NCBI GenBank assembly: GCA_046761045.1
Contig: JBHIFJ010000001.1
Coordinates: 11,795-75,794 of the forward strand
Length of the DNA: 64,000 nucleotides
Source: Thermoplasmata archaeon
GTDB taxonomy: Archaea; Thermoplasmatota; Thermoplasmata; RBG-16-68-12; JAGMCJ01
Direction: 5' to 3'
Shown here: one piece after another, positions 47,991 to 58,239 of the stretch
Numbering within the stretch: the first letter of the stretch is position 1
Layout: each line of letters opens with the position of its first letter
Translations under genes and position numbers: made by a program
The notes under the pieces: generated by a model
Database searches by the model: none
What the model saw: the letters and a program-made list of their open reading frames with translations, nothing else
What the model was told of the DNA's origin: nothing

Positions 47991-48710
47991 TCACTTAGTC
48001 GTACCCAGTGTCCTGCCGCTTCCTCCGCAGAACTGCGTGATGTAGGTGATGGTCGTGTCCGCTGCGTCTCTCAGTATTCCCCTCTCAATTCCGGGAACGC
48101 CACACATCAAGGAGAGGACGTTGCTCGTTTGCATGGTCACCTTGGTCGCGTCTGAGTCCCGATAGGGGTAGATGGCGACCAGTTTCTCATCATCGGATAT
48201 CACGATCTCCTTCCCTGTCAGAATCTTCGGGGCATTCATGCCTATTCCTGTGAACTCCTCGTTGGGGGAAGCCCAGCGCATCATTAGGGGACCCCTGAAC
48301 TTGTCGAGGTCGAAGGAACCTATCGCCACGTTATGCTTCATGGAGGCCAGATTGTAGGCGTCGACCGCCGTATTGATAGTCGGGACCGGCTTCCCCTGGA
48401 GCACCCTCCTTATGAGGGCCTCGGATGCAGGTCGGTTTTTTGTCGGGTCGATGCCCAGCCGCCAGAAGAAATCCCTGTACCTCCGAACCCGCTCGTCATT
48501 CCTCAGGGCCTCAAGATCGTATCTTCTGGAGATCTCCTCTGCGACTTCCAGCTTGAGATGTTCCAGAGCGCTGGACTTCTTCTGGACTTTCACATCATTG
48601 ATCTCAAGGGCGACAACTTCCAGATCTGGGAACTTCTCTGTCAGCCGTCCGTCCAGAGTGATCATGAGAGCGTCATCGGGCCCGGGTCTAAAGGCTTTTT
48701 GTGCGGTCAA
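47991..48710 (-). CDS. B3/B4 tRNA-binding-domain protein
   Basis: 239 aa; resembles standalone PheT B3/B4-domain proteins (..NTAVDAYNLASMKHNVAIGSFDLDKF..); assignment by recall. Confidence 0.5.
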   Translation of the reverse strand: MTAQKAFRPGPDDALMITLDGRLTEKFPDLEVVALEINDVKVQKKSSALEHLKLEVAEEISRRYDLEALRNDERVRRYRDFFWRLGIDPTKNRPASEALIRRVLQGKPVPTINTAVDAYNLASMKHNVAIGSFDLDKFRGPLMMRWASPNEEFTGIGMNAPKILTGKEIVISDDEKLVAIYPYRDSDATKVTMQTSNVLSLMCGVPGIERGILRDAADTTITYITQFCGGSGRTLGTTK

Positions 48711-49677
48711 TCGGGACCTTCCTTGCGGTGACCTCTGGGGCTTCCCGCCAGACCTTCGTCATCAAGAGAAAGAGGTAGACGATGTAGGAGACACCGACCA
48801 CGCTCATGCCAAGCATACCATTCGCCTCGTGGATGAAAGAGAGGATGATGAATGGCGTCAATATCCCCGTCACGAGGGCGAAGAGAGCCCTCTCGTTGTA
48901 TCTCCTCCCGGCTGAGTACGCCAAAGCGAGAGAGATGCCAACGCAGAGGAGAGCGAGAAGCGTGATGACGGTGGTCGGTGGAACATCCGATTCGGGAAGA
49001 CCGTAGACAATGACAGAAGCGAAGACCATGAAAAGGAAGCCGAGGAGGAAGAAGTGAATGGGCGGGAGAATGGGCCCCTCGCTCTTCATTCTTGGCCAAT
49101 CCCCTGGAACGCCGTAGGCGAGAAACACGAACATGAGAATCACAAGGAGGGTGAGGGCGTAGACGTACCCATCGGGGCGATATGTGAAGTGAAGAATGCC
49201 TGGCACGAATAGGAGAACAACGATGAGGCCGGGGATGAACAGCTGGATGTCAGAGAGAAGCCTTTCCCGCGTGAGCCTCGGATACATGAGATTGAAGAGG
49301 ATTATCGGGACCGCTATGCTGACTATCCCGTGGAACAAGGTGAGCCAGATTGCCCACACCCAATTGACTCCTGCCCATCTTCCATATTCGCCCAATGCTC
49401 CAAGGTCCTGCCAGGTCGGATCGTAGAAGCTCCTTACTACCAATCCCTCCAAGAAAACGCCGTAGGCGGCACCCAACAGGAGGACCGATGGCCAGCCCTT
49501 TTTCCATTTGACGGCGAGTTCTCTCACCGTCAGAACCCCGCAACCGTACAGGCCAACGAGGAAGAGAAATCCCAGAGGGAAGAAGAACTCCAACGGCGGA
49601 GACGAGCCCGAAAGGAGCTCAGCCGTCAGGGGCGAAAGCAGAACGAGCGCTAGGATTGCGGCCTGCTTGTCATTCAT
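48688..49677 (-). CDS. Polytopic membrane protein (hypothetical)
   Basis: 329 aa, ~9 TM helices; 23-nt overlap with downstream gene start. Confidence 0.45.
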   Translation of the reverse strand: MNDKQAAILALVLLSPLTAELLSGSSPPLEFFFPLGFLFLVGLYGCGVLTVRELAVKWKKGWPSVLLLGAAYGVFLEGLVVRSFYDPTWQDLGALGEYGRWAGVNWVWAIWLTLFHGIVSIAVPIILFNLMYPRLTRERLLSDIQLFIPGLIVVLLFVPGILHFTYRPDGYVYALTLLVILMFVFLAYGVPGDWPRMKSEGPILPPIHFFLLGFLFMVFASVIVYGLPESDVPPTTVITLLALLCVGISLALAYSAGRRYNERALFALVTGILTPFIILSFIHEANGMLGMSVVGVSYIVYLFLLMTKVWREAPEVTARKVPIDRTKSL

Positions 49678-49876
49678 CCGACGTGGTTCTCTCTTTTCTC
49701 CTTCTTATAGTTGTTGGAGTCCCTCACTGCAGAGGGCCCATGAGGGATTTCGAAACGAGACCACATCGGAACATGAGCGCCATTTCTGCGATGCAGTTTC
49801 CTAAGAAGAGTTCCCACCCACCCTATGAGGCTGCCCGATCAGCCTCACCCATGAGCCGTCCAGGAAACCTGGGCCG

Positions 49877-50143
49877 CTACGCGTCTAGGAGGTAGTAAAT
49901 CTTAGTCCAGTGGTCCCTTGGACTCCTCAAACACTTAAGGAGCCTGAGGTTCACGAGGATGTCCAGATTCTTCCTCGTTGTCTTGTTTCCCCATCTGTAT
50001 TTCTTGGCCATGTACTCGGTCAGATTCTTCTCCATCTTTACCTCTCCGTCGAAGTGAGATTCGATCACCCGCAAAAGCATAGCCAGATTCCTCAGCTTCC
50101 TTACGTCACGCACATGTTCTTTCAGAACTTCCCATCTTGTCAT
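49877..50143 (-). CDS. Small hypothetical protein, possible wHTH
   Basis: 88 aa; basic, helix-rich; followed upstream by 460-bp non-coding region. Confidence 0.3.
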   Translation of the reverse strand: MTRWEVLKEHVRDVRKLRNLAMLLRVIESHFDGEVKMEKNLTEYMAKKYRWGNKTTRKNLDILVNLRLLKCLRSPRDHWTKIYYLLDA

Positions 50144-50607
50144 TGTCCATCCTCCGAAAGGTTCGGGGCGGAGCGCGGCGCTTGGAAGTACTGGCCAAAA
50201 AAGCTAGGGCTCGTTCTAAATGCTCCGTAGAACCATTTTCGGATTCTGAAGAGGTGATTCCCAAGTGTGAGAATCCAAAAGCCATCGGAAGGGTCTTTCT
50301 GGTGGACGAGCGACGAAACGTGCACTTCTCCCGCCCTTTCTGCGACTGGCGTTGTGGCTGCAGAATCATTCGACCCGTTTCGGAGCATCGCCGAGTTCCG
50401 CTCACGAACCATGGGTCACATAGAATATCGACGTCGGATATTAAGGGTTGTTCGACATGTAAAATACATGTTGGGGATTCTTGAATTTTTGGAATGTCTT
50501 GAATGTACTCTTTCCTTTTTCACGAGCTACTTCCCCAAGACGACAGTTCCATCATTCAGCGGCGAGAGGGCGGTCGTCTTGCCTGAGTTGTTCGTCCCCT
50601 CATGCAG

Positions 50608-51411
50608 TCAGACACCAAGGATCTCCTTCATTTTGAGCGAGTCCTTGTCGAGAACAGGGCTTTCGCTTATGATAGTAATATCATACTTCCTCTTCAGCAA
50701 GACCTTCGCTAGCTTTGAGAAATCTGGCGACTTCGCCTCCATCTCAAGATGCCTTTTCTCACCCCTTTCTCCGTACTCGATGCAGCTAAAATGGCAGTGG
50801 AGGAAATCTGTTGTGAACTCCTCGTACTCCTGAAGGAAATCCTCGAAATCCCGGATCCTCTTGAATCGACCTTGACCGCGAGCATGGGCATGAGCCCAGT
50901 CAATGACGGGATAGACGCCCTCGACGTTCTGGCATACATTGATGATCTCCTCCAGTGTGCCGAAGCCCGCCAGCTTCCCCGTCAGTTCCAGTCCTATGAA
51001 CACCTCCCAGCCCTCGTCCCGTATCCTTTTGATGCAGCTGGAGAGCCGCTTTCTGATATTCCTTGTGACAACAGACGGCTTCATCCCATGCAGGAATCCC
51101 GGGTGGTGCACCAGTATGTATCCGCCCCAGGCATTCATCATCTCTGCTGCTCGATGAATCCATACACAGCTCTTCCTCAGGACTGCCTTGTCCATCGAGT
51201 TGAGGTTGATGTAGTAGGGGGCGTGGCAGCTTATACGTATGCCATTGTCTCTTGCCAGTTCCCCGAGTCTTTCCGCCGTCTCCAGCTTTGTCTGAATCCC
51301 GTACGTGTACTGGACCTCCATGGCGTTCAGCCCCATCTCCTTCAGCATCGGGAGGCCCTCCTCCATTCCTTTGGAATCCATTGGGTGTCCTGCGGGCCCG
51401 AGATAGAACAT
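50608..51411 (-). CDS. nfo: Endonuclease IV (AP endonuclease, xylose-isomerase-like TIM barrel)
   Basis: ~268 aa from ATG 51411 (MFYLGPAG); metal-binding motifs ISCHAPYYINL, ILVHHPG, IGLE, IDWAHA. Confidence 0.8.
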   Translation of the reverse strand: MFYLGPAGHPMDSKGMEEGLPMLKEMGLNAMEVQYTYGIQTKLETAERLGELARDNGIRISCHAPYYINLNSMDKAVLRKSCVWIHRAAEMMNAWGGYILVHHPGFLHGMKPSVVTRNIRKRLSSCIKRIRDEGWEVFIGLELTGKLAGFGTLEEIINVCQNVEGVYPVIDWAHAHARGQGRFKRIRDFEDFLQEYEEFTTDFLHCHFSCIEYGERGEKRHLEMEAKSPDFSKLAKVLLKRKYDITIISESPVLDKDSLKMKEILGV

Positions 51412-51472
51412 CGCTAGTGAATCAGCGGGCCACCGATATAGCCTTTGTGAGCAATCCTTTTCTAGCGGGAGC

Positions 51473-51970
51473 GTGATTCTCATCATCATGGAATTCGAGG
51501 ATGTACAGATTGAGAAGCCCGATGACGTAAATCTCATTCTGGGTCAGACCCATTTCATCAAGAGCGTGGAGGACATCTACGAGGCTGCGGTGACATCCGC
51601 ACCAGGCATCAAGTTCGGCATTGCGTTCTGCGAGGCCTCTGCGGACCGCCTCATTCGATCCGACGGAACGGACGAAGAGCTTCGCGAGCTGGCGGTCAGA
51701 AACGCCGAGAGGATAGGAGCGGGTCATATGTTCATCCTTTTCATGCGGGAGGCCTTTCCCATCAACATACTCCCTCGGATAAAGGATGTGCCGGAGGTCT
51801 GCAGCATCTTCGCCGCGACTGCGAATCCAGTTCGGGTCGTTGTGGCCAGGACGGAGCAGGGCAGTGGGATCGTGGGAGTCATCGACGGGGAGAGTCCCTT
51901 GGGCACAGAGACCGAGCGGGACATCAAGGAGAGGAAGGAGTTCCTGAGGAAGATAGGATACAAGCGCTGA
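51473..51970 (+). CDS. PF04008-like (adenosine-specific kinase / DUF355 family) protein
   Basis: 165 aa (likely start MEFEDVQIEKP); conserved GQTHFIKSVEDIYEA region recalled from this archaeal family; function uncertain. Confidence 0.4.
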   Translation: MILIIMEFEDVQIEKPDDVNLILGQTHFIKSVEDIYEAAVTSAPGIKFGIAFCEASADRLIRSDGTDEELRELAVRNAERIGAGHMFILFMREAFPINILPRIKDVPEVCSIFAATANPVRVVVARTEQGSGIVGVIDGESPLGTETERDIKERKEFLRKIGYKR

Positions 51971-52341
51971 GCATTGCCGACGCCTCCGTGGAGGCCTGTG
52001 AGGATCAAAGCGCCAACTCAACCCCTTCAGGGAACCGCCGCAAGATGGCATGTCATGCTCGTGCTTTCCTCAAGTGGCGACCTCATCGCTCGGGCTTGCC
52101 CCCCTGCCAATATTCGTGGACCTCTCCTCCCTTCATATCGCGACACATCGGCACTCTCTCATCCATAACGACCACTCTCCCGTCCGGTGTTGGCAAGTAT
52201 CTTCTTTCGCAGCGTGAGGAAGGTTGCGAGGCCAGATGTGTTCTGCCTTCAAACCACAAGGAACTGCCAAAACAAATGCTGCGGAAGCTCCCAGAACTCA
52301 AAGTTTGGTGAGATTGCTCGAAATAATGTCAATTTTTCGCA

Positions 52342-52351
52342 AGCAATCCTT
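52342..52351 (+). promoter_or_regulatory. TATA box (CCTTTTATAG) of tfb promoter
   Basis: Canonical archaeal TATA ~30 nt upstream of tfb ATG 52379, preceded by purine-rich BRE-like GCAAGCAATCC; second TTTTATAT immediately before start. Confidence 0.45.
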
Positions 52352-52378
52352 TTATAGTTGAATATCAGTTTTATATTG

Positions 52379-53302
52379 GTCATGGAATCGGATGAGGGGA
52401 GGACTTTTTGTCCGGAATGTCAATGCGAGAGATTCATTAGGGACTACGAGCGCGCAGAGATCGTCTGCGGAAACTGTGGTCTGGTGCTCTCTGATTCCAT
52501 CATAGACGAGGGTCCCGAGTGGAGGGCCTTTGACTCCGACCAGAGGGAGACTCGTGAAAGAACGGGACCGCCCTTGAGCATAATGTCCCACGACTACGGG
52601 CTTTCCACACAGATCGGCTGGAGGAATCAGGACGCCTACGGGAAGGCAATCCCGCACAAGTCGAGATCGCAGATCTACAGGTTGCGGAAATGGCAGCACA
52701 GGATCAGGACATCGAAAGCGGGGGAGAGAAGCCTGGCGCAGGGCTTGACCGAGATCAACACCATGGCCTCCAAGATGGGCCTTCCAAGACATGTTAGGGA
52801 GACAGCCGCCGTCTTCTACAGGAAGGCGTCCTCGAAGAACCTCGTTAGGGGAAGGAGCATCGATGAGGTTGTCGCGGCGACGCTCTATGCGGCGTGCCGG
52901 AAGTGCCAAGTGCCCCGGACACTGGATGAGATGGCAAACGAGGCCAGGGTGGATAGGAAGAGCATCGGGAGAACATATAGGACGATTGCCCGGGAACTCA
53001 ACCTAAGGCTGATGCCGCAGAGCCCGGCGGACTATATCCCGCGGTTCTGCAATAGGCTCAGGCTGGGCATGGATGTCCAGAGGAGGAGCAAGGAGATTCT
53101 TGAGGAAGTTGAGCAGGCCGAGCTTGCCTCCGGCGTCGCGCCCTCTGGAGTTGCAGCGGCGGTCATCTATATCGCCTCGGCAATATGTGGTCAGCCATGT
53201 ACGCAGAAGGATGTCGCCGAGGTTTCTGGTGTCACAGAGGTGACCATTAGGAACAGGTACAAGAGGATAATATCCAGTCTCGACCTGAACTTCAAGAGCT
53301 AG
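52379..53302 (+). CDS. tfb: Transcription initiation factor IIB
   Basis: 308 aa from ATG 52379; N-terminal Zn ribbon CPECQ..CGNCG, B-finger, two cyclin-fold repeats. Confidence 0.9.
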   Translation, partial: VMESDEGRTFCPECQCERFIRDYERAEIVCGNCGLVLSDSIIDEGPEWRAFDSDQRETRERTGPPLSIMSHDYGLSTQIGWRNQDAYGKAIPHKSRSQIYRLRKWQHRIRTSKAGERSLAQGLTEINTMASKMGLPRHVRETAAVFYRKASSKNLVRGRSIDEVVAATLYAACRKCQVPRTLDEMANEARVDRKSIGRTYRTIARELNLRLMPQSPADYIPRFCNRLRLGMDVQRRSKEILEEVEQAELASGVAPSGVAAAVIYIASAICGQPCTQKDVAEVSGVTEVTIRNRYKRIISSLDLNFKS

Positions 53303-53351
53303 CTGGCAAAACGTTTTATGTCAATTCTCATATCCGACCCCAGGTGCTCCA

Positions 53352-54188
53352 ATGGCCGAGGAAGCTGAACTGACCGTTTTGGATGGCGACCTAGTCTATG
53401 TCGACTACGATGTGTGGATAGTGCACCCCGACGGTAGGGAAGACCTTTTCGACACGACAAACAAGGAGCTCGCCGAGAAGCATGAGAAGTACGACAAGAC
53501 GAGGGTCTACGCGCCTCAGCCACTTGTCATCGGCAAAGGCAGGATATTCCCCGGGTGGGAGGACTCGCTGAGGAACACGAAGGTGGGAGTGAAGACGACA
53601 ATCGAGATTCCCCCGGAAAAGGCGGCGGGTGAGAGGGACCCAAGACTCGTGGAACTGCATTCCATCAGGGAGTTCGTGAGAAAGGAGATAACCCCTGAGG
53701 TTGGGAAGGAGGTCATCCTCGGACAGAAGAAGGGCATCATCACTGCAGTCACGGCGGGCCGCGTTCGAGTGGACTTCAACAGCCCTCTTGCTGGAAGGAC
53801 GCTCAGATACGAATACACGGTCACGAAGAGGGCCGAATCGCCCGAGGAGAAGGTCAAGGCGGTCATAGAGATGGACTATGGCAACCCTGAGGAGTTCGAT
53901 GTGAAGGTTGTTGGCGATGGTGTCATCATCAAGTTGCCGGATGTCTGCAAGTATGACGAGCTTTGGTTCGTCTCCAAGTACCGGGTCATCAGCGATTTGA
54001 GGGACATCGCCGGAGTCGAGACGATTCGCTTCGTCGAGGAGTATGTGAGGAAAGAGAGGCCGAGCGAAGAGGCCGAAGAGGAGGCTGAGTCCGAAGAAGA
54101 CGAAGAGGAGGACGAAGAGCCAAAGCCTTCCGAGGAGGCGATCGTGCCCGAAGAGCTTCCCGCCCAGGAAGCTCCTGAGTCCGAGTGA
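53352..54188 (+). CDS. FKBP-type peptidyl-prolyl cis-trans isomerase (long archaeal type with IF domain and acidic tail)
   Basis: 278 aa; DGDLVYVDYDVWI, LVIGKGRIFPGWEDSL, IF-insert and second domain; C-terminal E/D-rich tail; TATA-like TTTTATG ~35 nt upstream. Confidence 0.85.
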   Translation: MAEEAELTVLDGDLVYVDYDVWIVHPDGREDLFDTTNKELAEKHEKYDKTRVYAPQPLVIGKGRIFPGWEDSLRNTKVGVKTTIEIPPEKAAGERDPRLVELHSIREFVRKEITPEVGKEVILGQKKGIITAVTAGRVRVDFNSPLAGRTLRYEYTVTKRAESPEEKVKAVIEMDYGNPEEFDVKVVGDGVIIKLPDVCKYDELWFVSKYRVISDLRDIAGVETIRFVEEYVRKERPSEEAEEEAESEEDEEEDEEPKPSEEAIVPEELPAQEAPESE

Positions 54189-54206
54189 TGGGGCACTCGA
54201 CAGGAT

Positions 54207-54214
54207 TTTATAAC
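54207..54214 (+). promoter_or_regulatory. TATA box (TTTTATAA) for tRNA-Arg
   Basis: Located 22-29 nt upstream of tRNA 5' end at 54236. Confidence 0.45.
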
Positions 54215-54235
54215 CTCATGCATTTTGCGTCAATG

Positions 54236-54310
54236 GGACGTGTGGCCTAGCCTGGATATGGCACCAGCCTCCTAAGCTGGCAGTCGGGGGTTCGAATCCC
54301 CCCACGTCCG
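54236..54310 (+). tRNA. tRNA-Arg (anticodon CCT)
   Basis: Cloverleaf: acceptor GGACGTG/CACGTCC, anticodon stem CCAGC/GCTGG loop CTCCTAA (CCT), T-arm GGGGGTTCGAATCCCCC, discriminator G; no encoded CCA. Confidence 0.85.
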
Positions 54311-54312
54311 TC

Positions 54313-55248
54313 TCACATCGACGTTTTTCCGAAGATCTTCCTGGCCGCCGTGTGCGGATCGATTTCCTTCTTGGCGATCATCCCCACGAGTTCCTCGAAC
54401 TGTGCGCGAAGCTCAGGCTTCTCAGATATCACGAGGAACAGATGGCGAGAGAGGGCCGTGCGGAGCTCGTCCTTTGCCCGCTTGATTTGCTCCTCTTCCA
54501 GTCTGCCGCTTTTCTTGAGGAACTCGAAGTGCTCCTCTATCAAGTCCGCCAGCTCAGGCACACCCTTGTCCTCCGTCGCTACGGTGAGCTGAATCTTCGG
54601 CTTCCAGCCGCTGGGCTTTTCCTGCTCGATTACAAGGCTCAGATTGGCCAATGTGCTGTCCACGCCATCGAGGTCGGCCTTGTTTATGACGAATATGTCC
54701 CCAATCTCGAGGATGCCGGCCTTCATGGCTTGGATGTCGTCGCCAAGACCAGGCATTTCGACGACCACCGATGTGTGTGCGATCTTCGCTATCTCCACCT
54801 CGGACTGCCCGGCTCCTGCTGTCTCTGCGAAGATCTTCTGCATTCCCATCGCATCCAGAACCTTCAGGACATCGGCCGTTGACCTCGAAGTCCCTCCAGT
54901 ATGGCCTCGCGTTCCCATGCTTCTGATGAAGACGCCCTCATCGAGGGTGAGGCCGCCCATTCTAATTCTGTCGCCGAGAAGCGCCCCGCCGGTGTATGGT
55001 GATGTGGGATCGATTGCCACTATTCCCACCTTCATGCCTCTCCTTCTGAACTCCTTTGTCAGGGCGAACACAAGCGTGCTCTTTCCCGTACCAGTCGGTC
55101 CCGTTATCCCGATTATGTGCGCATCTCCAGTGTGTGGATAGATCGCTCCAAGAATCTCGGATGCCCTCCTGTCATCATCCTCTAACATCGATATCGCTTT
55201 GGCGGCCGCCCGCCTATCTCCTTTCAGGAGACGATCGACTAGGTCCAT
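54313..55248 (-). CDS. meaB: Methylmalonyl-CoA mutase-associated GTPase MeaB/ArgK
   Basis: 311 aa; P-loop GITGPTGTGKST, NKAD G4 motif (VINKADL). Confidence 0.85.
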   Translation of the reverse strand: MDLVDRLLKGDRRAAAKAISMLEDDDRRASEILGAIYPHTGDAHIIGITGPTGTGKSTLVFALTKEFRRRGMKVGIVAIDPTSPYTGGALLGDRIRMGGLTLDEGVFIRSMGTRGHTGGTSRSTADVLKVLDAMGMQKIFAETAGAGQSEVEIAKIAHTSVVVEMPGLGDDIQAMKAGILEIGDIFVINKADLDGVDSTLANLSLVIEQEKPSGWKPKIQLTVATEDKGVPELADLIEEHFEFLKKSGRLEEEQIKRAKDELRTALSRHLFLVISEKPELRAQFEELVGMIAKKEIDPHTAARKIFGKTSM

Positions 55249-55647
55249 TCACTTCCTCGCGATTCTCTCGTGGAACTCGACTATTTCCTGAAGAGGCGTT
55301 CCAGGACCGAATACGGCGGCTATACCCATCTTCTTGAGCTTCGGGACGTCCTCATCTGGGATTATCCCCCCGCAGGTCACGACGATATCTTTGATTCCCT
55401 TCTCCTTGAGGATGTCCATCACGCTCTTGAAGAGGGTCATGTGAGCCCCCGAGAGACAGCTCAATCCAATCGCGTTCACGTCCTCCTGGATGGCGGCCTC
55501 CACTATCTGCTCAGGCGTCTGATGGAGGCCGGTGTATATGACTTCCATCCCTGCATCTCTCAGCGCGCGGGCGACGACCTTCGCTCCTCTATCATGGCCA
55601 TCCAATCCGGGTTTTGCGACTAGCACTCTCAACTTCGCCATTGACAC
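55249..55647 (-). CDS. Methylmalonyl-CoA mutase, B12-binding subunit
   Basis: 132 aa; DxHxxG cobalamin-binding motif ([12 protein letters not shown]), GLSCLSG; 1 nt after meaB. Confidence 0.85.
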   Translation of the reverse strand: MSMAKLRVLVAKPGLDGHDRGAKVVARALRDAGMEVIYTGLHQTPEQIVEAAIQEDVNAIGLSCLSGAHMTLFKSVMDILKEKGIKDIVVTCGGIIPDEDVPKLKKMGIAAVFGPGTPLQEIVEFHERIARK

Positions 55648-55650
55648 ACC

Positions 55651-57345
55651 TCAGTAGATGATGGGTTCCTTGTACTCCCCAAATACTTCCCTGAACACTC
55701 CACATGTCTCCCCGAGTGTTGCATACGACCGCACACAGTCCAGTATGTGAGGCATCATGTTCTCTTCGCCCTTTGCGGCCTTCCTCAGCTTGTCCAGATT
55801 CCTTTCGACCTTCTTCTGGTCTCTCTTCTCTTTGACTCTGCTGAGCCTCTCGAGATGCCTCCTTTCGCCTTCAGGATCCATCTTGATAAGGGCAATCTCC
55901 AAGGGCTCCTCCTCGACATACTCATTGACACCCACGACTATTCTTTCCTTCTCGTCCGTCTCTTTCTGGTACCTGTATGCCGCACGGGCGATTTCCTTCT
56001 GGAAGAAGCCCTTGTTTATCGCAGCTATGACTCCTCCGAGGGCCTCAATCTTGTCGAAATACCCGTAGGCCTCTTCCTCCATCCGGTCGGTCAGGTACTC
56101 GAGGAAATAGGAGCCGCCGAGCGGGTCGACGGTGTTTGTGACCCCACTTTCATGCGCGATTATCTGTTGCGTTCTCAGTGCAATCTTGACCGCCTTCTCC
56201 GAAGGAACAGCGTAGGCTTCGTCCATGGAGTTTGTGTGGAGTGACTGCGTCCCGCCAAGGACCGCTGCGAGCGCCTGGACAGTGACCCGAACGATGTTGT
56301 TCTCGGGCTGCTGAGCGGTGAGGGAGCATCCTGCAGTCTGCGTGTGGAACCTCATCCACCAGGATCTTGGCTTCTTTGCTCCGAACGTCTCCTTCAGCTC
56401 CCTCGCCCAGATCCTCCTTGCCGCTCTGTACTTTGCAATCTCCTCAAAGAGGTCATTGTGGGCGTTGAAGAAGAAGGATAGGCGGGGGGCGAACTCGTCC
56501 ACATCCAGGCCCCTTTCCATTGCTGCACGCACATACTCGAATCCATCGGCGAGGGTGAAGGCAAGTTCCTGCACCGCAGTTGAGCCTGCTTCACGAATGT
56601 GATAGCCGCTGATTGAGATCGTGTTCCAGAGCGGGACCTCCTTCGAACCGAATTCGAACGTGTCCACGATGAGCCTCATGGACGGTTCTGGAGGGAAGAT
56701 ATATGACTTCTGTGCGATGTACTCCTTCAGGATGTCATTCTGTATCGTCCCCCTTATCTTCGTAGACGGGACACCCTGCTTTTCTGCGGCGACTATGTAC
56801 ATCCCCCATATGACGGAAGCAGGACCGTTTATCGTCATGCTCGTGCTTATCTCGCCGAGAGGAATGCCCTCGAAGAGAATTTCCATATCTTTCAAGGAAC
56901 TGATCGCTACACCGCATTTCCCGAACTCCCCCTTTGCCATGGGATGGTCTGTGTCGTACCCATACAAGGTGGGGAAATCGAAGGCGACGCTCAGGCCAGT
57001 CTCACCGTGCTTGAGGAGGTACTTGTATCTCTGGTTGGTCTCCTCTGCTGTTCCGAAGCCTGAGAACATTCTCATGGTCCAGAGCCTGCTTCTGTACAGC
57101 GTCGGATGCACGCCTCTCGTGAAGGGATATTCCCCGGGCAGGCCAAGCTTCTGTATGTAGTCGAAATCGGGGAGATCATCCGGCGTGTAGAGCCGATCGA
57201 CAGGAGCGCTTGATGTCGTCATGAACACATCCCTCCTTTCCGGAAGGATGTCGAGGGACCTCTTCAGCATCTTGCGCTCCCACTCCAGTTTCCTCTTCCT
57301 GATCTCTTCGAGGTCTTCCTTGAGCATCGACAAGCCCCTTGCCAT
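55651..57345 (-). CDS. Methylmalonyl-CoA mutase, large (catalytic) subunit
   Basis: 564 aa; TIM-barrel mutase domain; 3-nt gap to B12 subunit. Confidence 0.85.
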   Translation of the reverse strand: MARGLSMLKEDLEEIRKRKLEWERKMLKRSLDILPERRDVFMTTSSAPVDRLYTPDDLPDFDYIQKLGLPGEYPFTRGVHPTLYRSRLWTMRMFSGFGTAEETNQRYKYLLKHGETGLSVAFDFPTLYGYDTDHPMAKGEFGKCGVAISSLKDMEILFEGIPLGEISTSMTINGPASVIWGMYIVAAEKQGVPSTKIRGTIQNDILKEYIAQKSYIFPPEPSMRLIVDTFEFGSKEVPLWNTISISGYHIREAGSTAVQELAFTLADGFEYVRAAMERGLDVDEFAPRLSFFFNAHNDLFEEIAKYRAARRIWARELKETFGAKKPRSWWMRFHTQTAGCSLTAQQPENNIVRVTVQALAAVLGGTQSLHTNSMDEAYAVPSEKAVKIALRTQQIIAHESGVTNTVDPLGGSYFLEYLTDRMEEEAYGYFDKIEALGGVIAAINKGFFQKEIARAAYRYQKETDEKERIVVGVNEYVEEEPLEIALIKMDPEGERRHLERLSRVKEKRDQKKVERNLDKLRKAAKGEENMMPHILDCVRSYATLGETCGVFREVFGEYKEPIIY

Positions 57346-57423
57346 TCATGAAAAGTGAAGTCTGCTTATCTAGTTTGCGGGGAACTAGGACACATAAATA
57401 GATGTTGACCGATTCACGGCCCA

Positions 57424-57990
57424 ATGACCGAATATTACTTCGATATTGAGACAGTCGGAACGGACCCGCTGATGGACAAGATAGTCACGATTCAGTACCA
57501 GCAGCTTGTGGATGGTAACCCTATTGGCGATTTTCGCGTTCTCAAGGAATGGGAGGAGGGCGAGAAGAGAATCATCGAAAGAATCATCGGGGAGAAGCTT
57601 CTCCAACCACACTGGGACTTCGTACCGATCGGAAACAACCTCAGATTTGACATCATCTTCCTGATGGAAAGGGCACAGCAGTACGGGCTGGAGAAATGGG
57701 ACGCTGGAGAGATCAAGCAGTACTTCTTCCTGAAGCCCATGATAGACATCCGTCCCGTCCTCATACTCATGAACGCTGGGAGGTTCAAGGGCTCGGGTTT
57801 GGACGCATTCACGGGGAAGGAGAAGGGTGTTCAGGTCCCGATATGGTACGCGGAGCAGAAGTACGATGAAATACTCAGCTACGTGGAGACGGAACGGGAG
57901 GAGGCCATTGCACTGTACAGGGAGATAGCGAGCCTTCTGGAGGCCTTTGGCAGGAGGAAAAGAGAATCCTCCAGGATGCCGAATCCGTAG
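57424..57990 (+). CDS. Predicted RNase-H-fold 3'-5' exonuclease (PolB-exo-like)
   Basis: 188 aa; N-terminal YFDIETVG (Exo I DxE), downstream conserved acidic residues; family-level call. Confidence 0.45.
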   Translation: MTEYYFDIETVGTDPLMDKIVTIQYQQLVDGNPIGDFRVLKEWEEGEKRIIERIIGEKLLQPHWDFVPIGNNLRFDIIFLMERAQQYGLEKWDAGEIKQYFFLKPMIDIRPVLILMNAGRFKGSGLDAFTGKEKGVQVPIWYAEQKYDEILSYVETEREEAIALYREIASLLEAFGRRKRESSRMPNP

Positions 57991-58239
57991 AGGTTCTTGG
58001 ATATTCTGCTGGCAGGCGTTCAGCGCAAAGAGCCAGATAGGGATGGCGATTCTTGGGAAAAACATAAATACATCCATATGAATCGAAACATCGGAGGATA
58101 AGGGCGAAGCATTATCGAGACTCGAAAGGGGGATTCGTGATAGCGATGACATCGCTCTCGGGCGCAACCTACTCCTTTCTTCGGATTCTGTCTAAAGGGC
58201 TCGCTGGCGGTTGGGGTCCCTCACGAGGAGGCGGTTCAG

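Noticed and set aside
50137-50833. ORFs of 115 and 188 aa in or near the 460-bp spacer
   Set aside because: They overlap the nfo gene or each other and have no motifs, start context or protein-like composition. The region is treated as non-coding.
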